64,000 bases of DNA from a virus. Made by a program: the position numbers and the translations under genes. The DNA is taken from positions 37,376 through 101,375 of the IMG/VR virus record IMGVR_UViG_3300032224_001305; one strand, given 5' to 3'. Shown here piece after piece: positions 8,695-17,594 of this stretch. Position 1 is the first letter of the stretch. Every line of letters begins with the position of its first letter. The notes under the pieces were generated by a model, which was not told where the DNA came from, made no database searches, and saw only the letters and a program-made list of their open reading frames with translations.

Positions 8695-9291
8695 ATGCAG
8701 TTCGACTTGACGTCAATACAACCCAATGATCCGCTCAAGGACTTCTTATCTGCTGTGATGAGAATCGATAAAGCCAGTATCAATATGCACATGCAGAATC
8801 TGGCAGAGTTCGATATCGAAATTACTGTCAACGGGCGCTCGATAATGCCGGATGTGCTAATCAAGACGATGCTGGCGGCTAAAGACAGAGAGATTGCGAG
8901 TCTTCGTGAAAAGCTAACGCAGGAGTCAGTTAGTCGACTTCTACGGTCTAGCGCTTCTACTGGGCAAGTCTCTGCGCCAGTAAGCGCAGAACCTGAAGTA
9001 GTGCAAGCACCTGCTACACAGGCACAACCGGAGACACCTACAGTAAACTATGACGCTGACGTAACCGTTAGTCGAGATCTGGTCGTCTTCAAGAAAGAGG
9101 CCTTTAAGAAGTTCTACGAGTCTACGCAGCAGGGCGTAGAGTCTCTGTCGGATCTACTACTACAGCACATCAATCATACGCAGAGACGTAAGGGTGTAAT
9201 ACCCAGCGAGACGCTCGTGCGTCTGCTGACAGTAGAAAGTAAATTTGGTGTTGTCTCTAAGATGATGGAGCGTGTACGAAATGACTTTTGA
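8695..9291 (+). CDS. Hypothetical protein
   Basis: AGGAGG RBS, 198 aa. Confidence 0.75.
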   Translation: MQFDLTSIQPNDPLKDFLSAVMRIDKASINMHMQNLAEFDIEITVNGRSIMPDVLIKTMLAAKDREIASLREKLTQESVSRLLRSSASTGQVSAPVSAEPEVVQAPATQAQPETPTVNYDADVTVSRDLVVFKKEAFKKFYESTQQGVESLSDLLLQHINHTQRRKGVIPSETLVRLLTVESKFGVVSKMMERVRNDF

Positions 9292-9577
9292 ACCACCGCA
9301 GTTTGGCTTGCCTCCGCATGTGGTAAGTCACATACTGGTAAACCCGTCTCGCTGGACAAAGAAAGGCGACTTGCTGAAGAAGCAACTTCGCAAGTTGACC
9401 ACTAATGAAACAGCCATAAATAATTTTCTGACTCGGCACTCTGTCGGAAGTAGCAAGGTCTACTTCCCGATAGCTGCTAACCACGCGCCTAGGCTAGATA
9501 CAGCTAAGTACCCCACTAGGAATCACTACGAGGATGTAGTACCAGGCAGTGTCTACGCCTTGGTAGTTATTCCCTAG
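9281..9577 (+). CDS. Hypothetical protein
   Basis: Overlaps previous stop; followed by hairpin + T-run + TTAGCTA. Confidence 0.6.
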   Translation: MTFEPPQFGLPPHVVSHILVNPSRWTKKGDLLKKQLRKLTTNETAINNFLTRHSVGSSKVYFPIAANHAPRLDTAKYPTRNHYEDVVPGSVYALVVIP

Positions 9578-9692
9578 AAATAAAAGACGGCGCGATGATC
9601 TACCAAGGTCATCTCGTCGTTTTTTAGCTATTGACAGTCGTAGAGGCTACGTGGTAAACCGCTGCTGTATTGATGTGTATACAGTAAACTAG

Positions 9693-9941
9693 GTGAAACC
9701 AGTGGCAAGTTCGGCACAACTGACAATTTGGCAACACCGTGATTTGTGCTCAGTACGTCGTCATGACGAGCTGAACGGACTAGGTCCGTATCAACTTTTT
9801 ACTACTGATGACGTATGCAGATATTTAGATTGCGCCAACTATGATGGCTGCCTAACCTTTGCGGCGGCAAACAAATGGGGGTCCTTTTCTTGTAAAGGAT
9901 GCAGGAAGGCCCTACACGGAGAATTTGTAACAGAGGAGTAA
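9693..9941 (+). CDS. Small Cys-rich (Zn-binding) protein
   Basis: CxxxxC...CxxC residues. Confidence 0.5.
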   Translation: MKPVASSAQLTIWQHRDLCSVRRHDELNGLGPYQLFTTDDVCRYLDCANYDGCLTFAAANKWGSFSCKGCRKALHGEFVTEE

Positions 9942-9943
9942 TT

Positions 9944-10681
9944 ATGAATATTGAGGACCTAAAAGCCCGAGCCAGCGTAGTGTACGCTGACAAGGACCAG
10001 GAGTCACAGGCCAAAGAGGACTTTCAGTCGCACCTGAAGGGCTCAGCGCCCAGCAATCAAACGCAGCCTGACCCAGGCGGAAGACGGCTACCGTCTGAGC
10101 TACAAAGCCAATTGGCCAGTCTGGAAAAGGATATGCTTAAGGTCAATGCTACTGAGCAAAAGATTGACCTAGGACCGTTGCCCGAAGCAGCGCGTCGTAA
10201 GATTGCCGGAGCTGAAGACGACAACACAGGGAATAAGACCAATACACCACTCGACCAGGTTCTAAAAGAGAAGACCGAGAAAGCATGCGCGCCGATGGAT
10301 TTTGGCGAGCTTATCATGACAGGACGCGTTCAGCAGGATGTACCTGTCCTACCTGGCAAGCTAAAAGTAACATTTCAGTCTCTTACCGGAGCTGAGAGTT
10401 ATTGGGTTGAGCGCATGATGAGCGAGCAGCCTACAGAACTAGGACGCTCATGGGCGGTCTACATGCAGTTGGCTATGACGGTACACGCCGTCAACGGCTC
10501 GATGCGTGAGCCTTTTAATATCGACGGTAAGATCGACAGAGCAATCCTAGAGCGTCGTCTGTCCTTGCTGATGAAGATGAATACGCGCCTAATAGAATTA
10601 TTAATTGCCAATATGTTTTGGTTCTTCGACCGCGTTAATTCCCTTTACGACAATGATTTCGAATCCATAAAAAATGGATAG
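9944..10681 (+). CDS. Probable tail assembly chaperone (G-like)
   Basis: GAGGAG RBS; KVTFQSLTGAE pattern; ends at slippery heptamer A AAA AAT; upstream of the tape-measure-like gene. Confidence 0.55.
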   Translation: MNIEDLKARASVVYADKDQESQAKEDFQSHLKGSAPSNQTQPDPGGRRLPSELQSQLASLEKDMLKVNATEQKIDLGPLPEAARRKIAGAEDDNTGNKTNTPLDQVLKEKTEKACAPMDFGELIMTGRVQQDVPVLPGKLKVTFQSLTGAESYWVERMMSEQPTELGRSWAVYMQLAMTVHAVNGSMREPFNIDGKIDRAILERRLSLLMKMNTRLIELLIANMFWFFDRVNSLYDNDFESIKNG

Positions 10682-10995
10682 AGACCCCTCTAGGGTGGGC
10701 ACGGGCTAATTTGTTTTACGACAACTTAGTTAGGATGCCAGAGCCGGGTTCCCTAAAGGAGGTCGTGTGTATCATTGTTCAGAGGCACCGGCAGGAACAG
10801 GAAGTCTACAGACTTATCGCCCAGATGGAGTCATCAACAGAGGGAAGAAGTAAGGCTCTGAACAACTTCAAGAACTCGTTGGCTCCGTATGTAAACAAGC
10901 AGCGGGAGCAAGAGTCTAAGGCAATTGCTGACCGCATGAATAAGTACATACACACTGGGCAGTGGGTTATTAACTTGGATGACAAAAATGAATGA
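10669..10995 (+). CDS. Probable -1 frameshift extension of the tail chaperone (GT-like)
   Basis: The -1 frame is open from 10669 (KKWIETPLGWARANLFYD...); only a weak TTG start at 10711. Confidence 0.55.
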   Translation, partial: KKWIETPLGWARANLFYDNLVRMPEPGSLKEVVCIIVQRHRQEQEVYRLIAQMESSTEGRSKALNNFKNSLAPYVNKQREQESKAIADRMNKYIHTGQWVINLDDKNE

Positions 10996-11389
10996 GCCAC
11001 TACTTGTACTAATTGGCGTGGCGTCCAGATATCTGGTGGGAGAGGGCCTCGTACAAGAGGCTGTCTTCATGAACCAGGTAACAGGAGAAGAGTACGTACT
11101 AGGACTAGTCTCCGGGCAGTTCGAGGCATTACTCGAAATATTACGGTTAAACAATGGCGAGTCCACGTCAGGCCAAAACTCTCAAGATGCTGTGGAGGAA
11201 GAATCGGCTGCACGAAGCACCGCAGCTATTAGAATCGATCGTAAGCTCGGTTCTAACAGCGTACCCCTCCAACAAGAAGATGAAGAGGACACGGAACCGT
11301 CGTGGACGTCCGAGGAAGATACCGAAGAAGACGTTGTGGACGAAGCGACACCAGAAGCGATACGTTCTATCTTTGGCAGAGGATTTTAA
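10979..11389 (+). CDS. Hypothetical acidic protein
   Basis: Co-oriented ORF overlapping previous stop. Confidence 0.6.
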   Translation: MTKMNEPLLVLIGVASRYLVGEGLVQEAVFMNQVTGEEYVLGLVSGQFEALLEILRLNNGESTSGQNSQDAVEEESAARSTAAIRIDRKLGSNSVPLQQEDEEDTEPSWTSEEDTEEDVVDEATPEAIRSIFGRGF

Positions 11390-11755
11390 TCAACTTTGGC
11401 GGTGCCCGGTATGTAAGGGATGGTGGGTATCTGAACTTACATACTCGGGCTGCGCTACTTGTGAAAACCAAGTATTTCCAGAGGTAGTGTTGTTTAGGGA
11501 GAAAGTAGACTTACGGGAGTATTTGCAAAAATATATTGAGCTATGGCTTGAACGTACTTCGCTTATGCTTCTCGTAACGTCTGCTACTAATAGGCGCTCT
11601 GCAAAAAGAAGAATACCGTTATCTACTGTGTTTAGTGTGTTACAGCCGAAGGCTAAGCCTTCAGTAAGAAAATCGAAGAAGTGGTTTACACAAATATTTT
11701 CTGGAGGGTGCAGATATACAGGTTATGTTGACCATGATTTCTGCATGTATGACTT

Positions 11756-11941
11756 ATGGCCAAACACTTACGACGCCGCACTCCTACGCGTCTAATGCAG
11801 CTACGTGTACCAGAAGAGCTACACACTTGGCTGAAGGAGTACGCGTTTGTCAACAAAACTACTATGACAAACATAGTAACTGCCTATCTAACAAGACTAC
11901 GTGATAGGAAAGAGTCCCCGATGAAGGTGCCGGAGGTGTAA
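11756..11941 (+). CDS. Ribbon-helix-helix (Arc/CopG-like) DNA-binding protein
   Basis: MQLRVPEELHTWLKEYAFVNKTTMTNIV pattern. Confidence 0.7.
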   Translation: MAKHLRRRTPTRLMQLRVPEELHTWLKEYAFVNKTTMTNIVTAYLTRLRDRKESPMKVPEV

Positions 11942-11942
11942 A

Positions 11943-12542
11943 ATGGCTGCCACAGAATTACGTGTGGAAAAGCTAACAGTACCAAAGTCTTCTACTGAAG
12001 TTGCTGGCCTACTACAAAGGCTGCTCTCCATAAAAGGACTTGTGTCGTTCTCAGTTAGCCGTGAAGGTGTAGAGATAAAGCGTTATCGGTCTCTACATGA
12101 TCCACCGATATCGGATGAATCTCCTATCGAAGAGCCAGAGCTAGGAATAGCCCTAGCTACGCTAGAAGAGATAATAGAGATAGAAGACTGTCCTACCACA
12201 GAACTATCGCTGACAAGGGCGGCACACCTTATATCTTCTAGGGGATTCGCTCCGTCAATCCTAGTACTGCCCTCAGAGGAATACGTAAAAGTATTCCAAG
12301 ATATTACTGGACCCATAACTCCCGATTTCTCAGAAGGAGCCGGATCTGTATTTATCAGCGGCTATCGTGTAGAGATCTCCGACATGCTTGCTGATAATAC
12401 TTTTCTTATGCTGGGCTCGTTAGTTTCTACGTACCACCTGGATTCAGTACGGATGGCCGTACGTATATTCGTCAAAGGAGTAAACAATGGCGTCGACCAA
12501 GAAAGAGACAGTGTCATTGGAGAAGATGCAGCTACAGCTTAA
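11943..12542 (+). CDS. Hypothetical protein
   Basis: GGAGG RBS, operon context. Confidence 0.7.
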   Translation: MAATELRVEKLTVPKSSTEVAGLLQRLLSIKGLVSFSVSREGVEIKRYRSLHDPPISDESPIEEPELGIALATLEEIIEIEDCPTTELSLTRAAHLISSRGFAPSILVLPSEEYVKVFQDITGPITPDFSEGAGSVFISGYRVEISDMLADNTFLMLGSLVSTYHLDSVRMAVRIFVKGVNNGVDQERDSVIGEDAATA

Positions 12543-12960
12543 GCAGGCTCTTGAAACCACCAAAGCTTGCGAAGTGTTGGCCATGCAGTCTAGAAATGGT
12601 GACCTGCGAGCAGTGTTTAGAGTCACTGACCAACCTGCTTGGCTAAGAGTACTTTCTACATATCTAGCCAATGAGAACAAAGAGCAGTGGTACTCGTTCA
12701 TAGGTCAGGCCTATAAACTGAACAACGGTTCTCTTGTGACCGCATGGGTTATGTTTGTAGACGCTCCTCCCGGAGTATCTTTAGAAAGCGCGGTACAGGG
12801 TGCCTGTCGCTGCCTTACACAGACCGTGGCTAACACTACCGTATCAGACTCCGAGGCCTTATTTCCTGACGAAGCCACTATTCCAGCTGCATGGGCTATT
12901 GGTCCACAGGCGCTAAGTAGAATTAAACACACCGCAATCGACTCCAGCATGCGGAGGTAA
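12487..12960 (+). CDS. Hypothetical protein
   Basis: AAGGAG RBS. Confidence 0.7.
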   Translation: MASTKKETVSLEKMQLQLKQALETTKACEVLAMQSRNGDLRAVFRVTDQPAWLRVLSTYLANENKEQWYSFIGQAYKLNNGSLVTAWVMFVDAPPGVSLESAVQGACRCLTQTVANTTVSDSEALFPDEATIPAAWAIGPQALSRIKHTAIDSSMRR

Positions 12961-12963
12961 TAG

Positions 12964-13602
12964 ATGTCTAAGCTAGTAACTGCAGAACTACGCGCTAATT
13001 ATGTAGTGGAAGTAACGCTGCATTATTTACCAAAGCGCGTAAATATTAGAGGAAATATAAATCTGTATAAAAAGGGCGGAGAGTACGGACGTAGCGACTC
13101 TGTACTAGATATGTGCAGCGAAATGGGATGCCTGGGCGTGTTCACAGACTCTTTCCAGCTCACTGAAGTGGAGCTGGAAGAGATAATAAAAGGCGGTAAC
13201 CCAAATATCGAGTTCTGGCCAGAAAGCGCCAAGAACCGCTATGACAATTGGGGAGCCATGTTGGTTACATGTCCTAAGTGCAAGGTAATCTCCAGACGTA
13301 ATACTCTGTCCGATGCTTATGGATTCAACACCACGTTAAACAAGATAGCTCTAGCAGTTACCGGGTACTTTAGAGAGCTTGATAGCAATGCTGATATAGT
13401 TCTAAAAGTGCACAGAGCCCCTGGCAGCTTACAGACAGCCAAGCAGGATTTTCTATCCACCGGCAATAAGGGAAAATATGCCGAGGATCTAGAAAAGGCT
13501 CGCTTGAACCATCACGTTTTCTATCCGCTAGCTAAGCTGTTAAAAGATACTGCTGGAGGCGCTTCAGTAGAGTCCTGCATCGAGAGATTCTTACGAGCGT
13601 AG
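12964..13602 (+). CDS. Hypothetical protein with possible Zn ribbon
   Basis: CSEMGC...CPKC; GGAGG RBS. Confidence 0.65.
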   Translation: MSKLVTAELRANYVVEVTLHYLPKRVNIRGNINLYKKGGEYGRSDSVLDMCSEMGCLGVFTDSFQLTEVELEEIIKGGNPNIEFWPESAKNRYDNWGAMLVTCPKCKVISRRNTLSDAYGFNTTLNKIALAVTGYFRELDSNADIVLKVHRAPGSLQTAKQDFLSTGNKGKYAEDLEKARLNHHVFYPLAKLLKDTAGGASVESCIERFLRA

Positions 13603-13607
13603 AGCTG

Positions 13608-13895
13608 ATGAACATAAAAGAGGCACTAGTAAAGATAAGCTACCTGCGCCACAAGGACGCTGCCCTTGACTTTTTGCAGAAAGAACTCGAGAGAGTATTG
13701 CCAAATGACGCAGGAACGCGTACTAAGGAGCCGCTGAGTGCAGCGGGTGTGTCTCCAGAGCAAGTTCCTGACGATGTAATACAAGATGTATTGGCCACGT
13801 TGGGCGAGTTACGGTCCACACTACAAATAGAGCTCGAACAAATAGAGCGTATGGAGTTTACAGATGTCGGAAAAGGAAAATCCAACCGTAAGTGA
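13608..13895 (+). CDS. Hypothetical helical protein
   Basis: Operon context. Confidence 0.6.
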   Translation: MNIKEALVKISYLRHKDAALDFLQKELERVLPNDAGTRTKEPLSAAGVSPEQVPDDVIQDVLATLGELRSTLQIELEQIERMEFTDVGKGKSNRK

Positions 13896-14259
13896 CATTG
13901 CGACACTAGAAGCCAAAGTGGCTGAGATAGATAATAACGTTGTCCAAATAGCAATGTTCATAGACAAGCTAGCAAAGGAGCACATGGCAGCTACTAAGCT
14001 GCTACAGCGCACCGAGCACTTCTTGTTCTCGTTAATTAAGGTAGGACTAGATAGCGGCCTAGACTTCAATGCTATGCAGGATGCTATGGAAGACTACAAC
14101 AAGCATGAGGACTTGTTGGTATTCTGGGGCGTGCGTACTCAGGAAGAGTACGAAACACTCAAAGCGCAGTCACAAGCTGCTCAGGAAGCTGCACAGGTAC
14201 TGGCAGATGGACAGGCAGCTAGTATGGCTGACATCGAAGCTGAGGCTGAGAGCGTATAA
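13864..14259 (+). CDS. Hypothetical coiled-coil protein
   Basis: GGAG RBS; followed by terminator. Confidence 0.65.
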   Translation: MSEKENPTVSDIATLEAKVAEIDNNVVQIAMFIDKLAKEHMAATKLLQRTEHFLFSLIKVGLDSGLDFNAMQDAMEDYNKHEDLLVFWGVRTQEEYETLKAQSQAAQEAAQVLADGQAASMADIEAEAESV

Positions 14260-14280
14260 CAATCCGTGTGAGGGTGAGGT

Positions 14281-14362
14281 AAGGGGTCGCCGTAACTGGC
14301 GGCCCCTTTCTTTTTTGTAATAGGTAAAAGAATGACAAGAGCGCTAGCTCGTTGTCATTCAG
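14281..14362. terminator. Convergent pair of intrinsic terminators
   Basis: aaggggtcgcc/ggcggcccctt + T-run (+ strand); gaatgacaa/ttgtcattc followed by TTTTACCTA (- strand). Confidence 0.7.
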
Positions 14363-14547
14363 TCGCGCTCTCAGCCGAATACGGCTACAAGAAGCGCAAA
14401 GAACACATGAAATCCTACTAGGGCCAGAAGGGCCCCGAGAATTTCTTTCACCGAAAAATCTTCCAGGCCACCAGGTTCACCGCGCATACGCACCTCTAAG
14501 CGTGTTACTGTACGCTCATAATACTTATACCGTAATACGCCTATAAT

Positions 14548-14949
14548 TTAGCTAGGGTTTTCGTCTGCCATCCAGAAGGCCAGGTCGTTTATAGTATCGA
14601 CGGCCATACATCCCTCTTGGCTAGTTATAACCGGCTTATCTACTGATAATAATTTTTCAAGAATAGGAATAAACGAGACATTCTCGTCAACAATTTCCGC
14701 TCTGCGGTGAACAATCTTAAGCGGCTCCTTGTTTTCCAGTGCTCGCTCGAAGTTATCGGGCTCAAGTAGAAACAAACCAACGCGCTTGTCTTTCTTTAGT
14801 AGTAAGCATTGCGACGGGCGCTTTCCGTTCATTACACGCCCATAAATCACGTCTATCTCGTCGTGTATTGGTGCAATACGCCAATACATAGCCGTGAACT
14901 TGTCGTATATACCGTCTAGGTGCTCAGTCATATCTTCTTGTATGCTCAT
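14548..14949 (-). CDS. Hypothetical protein
   Basis: GAGG RBS, ATGA overlap with upstream gene. Confidence 0.65.
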   Translation of the reverse strand: MSIQEDMTEHLDGIYDKFTAMYWRIAPIHDEIDVIYGRVMNGKRPSQCLLLKKDKRVGLFLLEPDNFERALENKEPLKIVHRRAEIVDENVSFIPILEKLLSVDKPVITSQEGCMAVDTINDLAFWMADENPS

Positions 14950-15587
14950 ATCGGTTCCTCTAACAATTTACCGGCCCTTATATCTCCGTAACCATACTCG
15001 TACATCTGTAGCACAGGTAAAAACGCTTTACGTTCCTCGTAAAGGTCCTGTACAAGCTTCCTGGGTATTTCTCTACCAGCATAATCCATAAAGTCCGGGT
15101 AGAAGCCTAGCTGCGCCCGTCTGGCTACATGGTTGTCGTAGTAGTCTATTTCTAAAGTGGTGGCTAGGTCGGCTACCTTGCCGTGCAATGTGCACCAGGC
15201 GTGGTACTTGACCTCGTCCCCATCCTTCAAGAAACCCTCGTAGTACCTGAGTTTGTGCGCGTCGTCTTCCATAAGCATCTTCTGGTGCAATGTAAACGCG
15301 TATTGTGGGTCTAACTGCCTATTTTTTAACGTATAACCTACTTTTGTGAAAATAAGAGATACGTAGCGCTTTTCTTCCACAGACATGACGTGGTTAGGAA
15401 AAGAAATCCAGCCAAGAGCACATACAAGCTCTCTACTAGTATGTTCTAGCTGCAGATTCTCGCGTTCTAGGCTGTAACGCTTCTCTCTTATTGTCCTGTT
15501 GATTTCCAACGCTACAGACACGCCTCTAGAGAGGCTGGATAGCTCTTTTGGCCGTGTTTTTCTTATGAAATCTTGCCTAGTTGTCAT
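14946..15587 (-). CDS. Hypothetical protein (YYEGF...HAWC motif)
   Basis: 213-aa ORF. Confidence 0.6.
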   Translation of the reverse strand: MTTRQDFIRKTRPKELSSLSRGVSVALEINRTIREKRYSLERENLQLEHTSRELVCALGWISFPNHVMSVEEKRYVSLIFTKVGYTLKNRQLDPQYAFTLHQKMLMEDDAHKLRYYEGFLKDGDEVKYHAWCTLHGKVADLATTLEIDYYDNHVARRAQLGFYPDFMDYAGREIPRKLVQDLYEERKAFLPVLQMYEYGYGDIRAGKLLEEPI

Positions 15588-15769
15588 TTTGAAGCCCGTA
15601 AATGCTCAATTTTACGTTAAAAATGGCTATTTTTGCTCATGGAGGCCTATTTTGGCCTATTTTTACTGAATTTATCACTAAGAAGCATAAAAAGGCCATT
15701 TATAATGACCATTTCTCTGTAATGATAGCTAAGTACGAGGTGGTTGTAAACCACCCCGTACCAACACCT

Positions 15770-16189
15770 CTACGCCTCGGCCATAGGTGCCATAATCGCG
15801 CCCTCGATATCCTTATCGAAATACGTAGAGTCGGAGTCAACCAGTTCGATGCTACTAAGCTCTTTATCGTGGATGATAAGTGTCAGAGGACCCATCGTGG
15901 CATATTCCTCTATCAACTTGGCGGCCTTTTCTTTACCTACGATGCCCTCTAGAAGTAAATCGAGGAAAGCGACTATGCGATTTACAAACTCGTCGTGTAG
16001 GCCCGTCAGACGTATGTTAAACCGCAGCTCGAAATAGAACGCTGGGCACTTACGTAGAACTTCGTACATACCTTTTAGCTGCTTGCGTTCATCTGCACAA
16101 TCGGGACAGTCTCCGCATCCTACACACGTCAGAAACAGCATAGTCGCTATCCATTCGCTGACTTCTTCCAATGAAAGCTCATTACCCAT
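15770..16189 (-). CDS. Hypothetical protein with CxxCxxCxxC
   Basis: GAGG RBS before MGNEL. Confidence 0.55.
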   Translation of the reverse strand: MGNELSLEEVSEWIATMLFLTCVGCGDCPDCADERKQLKGMYEVLRKCPAFYFELRFNIRLTGLHDEFVNRIVAFLDLLLEGIVGKEKAAKLIEEYATMGPLTLIIHDKELSSIELVDSDSTYFDKDIEGAIMAPMAEA

Positions 16190-16559
16190 AATCAACCTCG
16201 CTGGCGCAAGAGCGCCATCTATTTGGCAAACGGCGCTCCTGCACCAGCGGTAACTATGCCACATAGTAGTCCATGCCCACTACGCTATATTTATTACTCG
16301 TGGATATTACGCCAACGAGTCATAGCTCATCAGTCCTAGTTCTAGCGCCAGGAAATGCACAATCGCCTGACCGAACTCGGACACCAATGGCATGATCTCT
16401 TCGCTGATGAAACGCATAACGCTGGATGTGAGAATACCCAGAGCCTGCTTGAACATACCGACGAAGAAGTCAAAAATGGTAGAGAGCATATTCTAATCCC
16501 CTTTAAGTTTGGCGGCTTTATCAATGAAGGTGCGCCTGCCGCCTATAGGCTATCTCACC

Positions 16560-17474
16560 TTAAACCACCGTTCTAGGAAGCCGTATGGTAGGCATTCCTG
16601 AACTGAACATTCGATCTATGAAGACCTCGTTCAAGAGCTCTTCAGCAGCGTAAGCAGTAATATTATCGTGAATAGTCTTACCATCTAGAGACACAACCGG
16701 GTTCACCACCACGGTGTATCTATTGTCTTTGTTAATACCAATCCAGAACCACGCACAGTTTTTGACGTTGCGCATATTATTCAGCCCGCCCATAAGACCG
16801 GTGCTATCTTTTGCTTTTATGACAGTAAACGCGTGGGAAGCGGTGAAAGCGCTAAGAATAATCTCTAGAGGATTATTTGGACCATTAATACCGCGGAACA
16901 ATTGCTGATGAACGTACTGTTCACGCACGGTTACTGGAGAGGTACCGTAGGACTCAAGGTACTTACCGCGCACCTCTCTAAAATGCACTCTAGGAGACGT
17001 AAAAGACAGTAAGGAGGAACTGGGCAGTTTAGGCAGATCCTTTTTCACTTGCTGGCACATGCGAACTGCTATTTCGTTTACCAGTTCCGGATCGGCACTA
17101 ATGTATTCAAGAATTCCTGGCAGGAACCTATTCAAGAACACAGCCATAGACGTGCAACTACCTACCTGAATTCTTTTAGGAGAAGCCGCGTCCGCTGTCT
17201 CCCGCCAAGGAGTGTGTCCACTACGACCACGTGCCTGCCTATACCAGAGCACAATTCTGACACTGTCCGGAGTCTCACTAGCTATATCGATGGTTTTCAG
17301 TACTACTATCGCAGACTGATTTCCCATTATGCTGATGCCCTGCCTACACGTGAAAGTGGCCCTATCATCTAACACATGCGCATCAAATGCCAATCGCCCA
17401 ATGGTGGGCAGAATGACTTTCAGGTACTTAGTAGTTTCTAGATATAGAGACATCCGCAACACCTCCGTCAACAA
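16560..17474 (-). CDS. Hypothetical protein
   Basis: 304-aa ORF. Confidence 0.6.
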   Translation of the reverse strand: MLTEVLRMSLYLETTKYLKVILPTIGRLAFDAHVLDDRATFTCRQGISIMGNQSAIVVLKTIDIASETPDSVRIVLWYRQARGRSGHTPWRETADAASPKRIQVGSCTSMAVFLNRFLPGILEYISADPELVNEIAVRMCQQVKKDLPKLPSSSLLSFTSPRVHFREVRGKYLESYGTSPVTVREQYVHQQLFRGINGPNNPLEIILSAFTASHAFTVIKAKDSTGLMGGLNNMRNVKNCAWFWIGINKDNRYTVVVNPVVSLDGKTIHDNITAYAAEELLNEVFIDRMFSSGMPTIRLPRTVV

Positions 17475-17594
17475 CTAAAGTTTATTGGTGCGCAATAATC
17501 TTTTGACTGCGCATGTACATATACCTGCAAATAAGCCAAAGTTGCGGCTGAACGGAACGAGTGTGCTACACTGCCACCACTTGCGGAGTGTAAG

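Noticed and set aside
11154-11795. 213-aa plus-strand ORF
   Set aside because: Its N-terminal half overlaps 10979-11389 in another frame. Only the CPVC...CATC portion may be a real small gene and no clear start is visible, so it was left uncalled.
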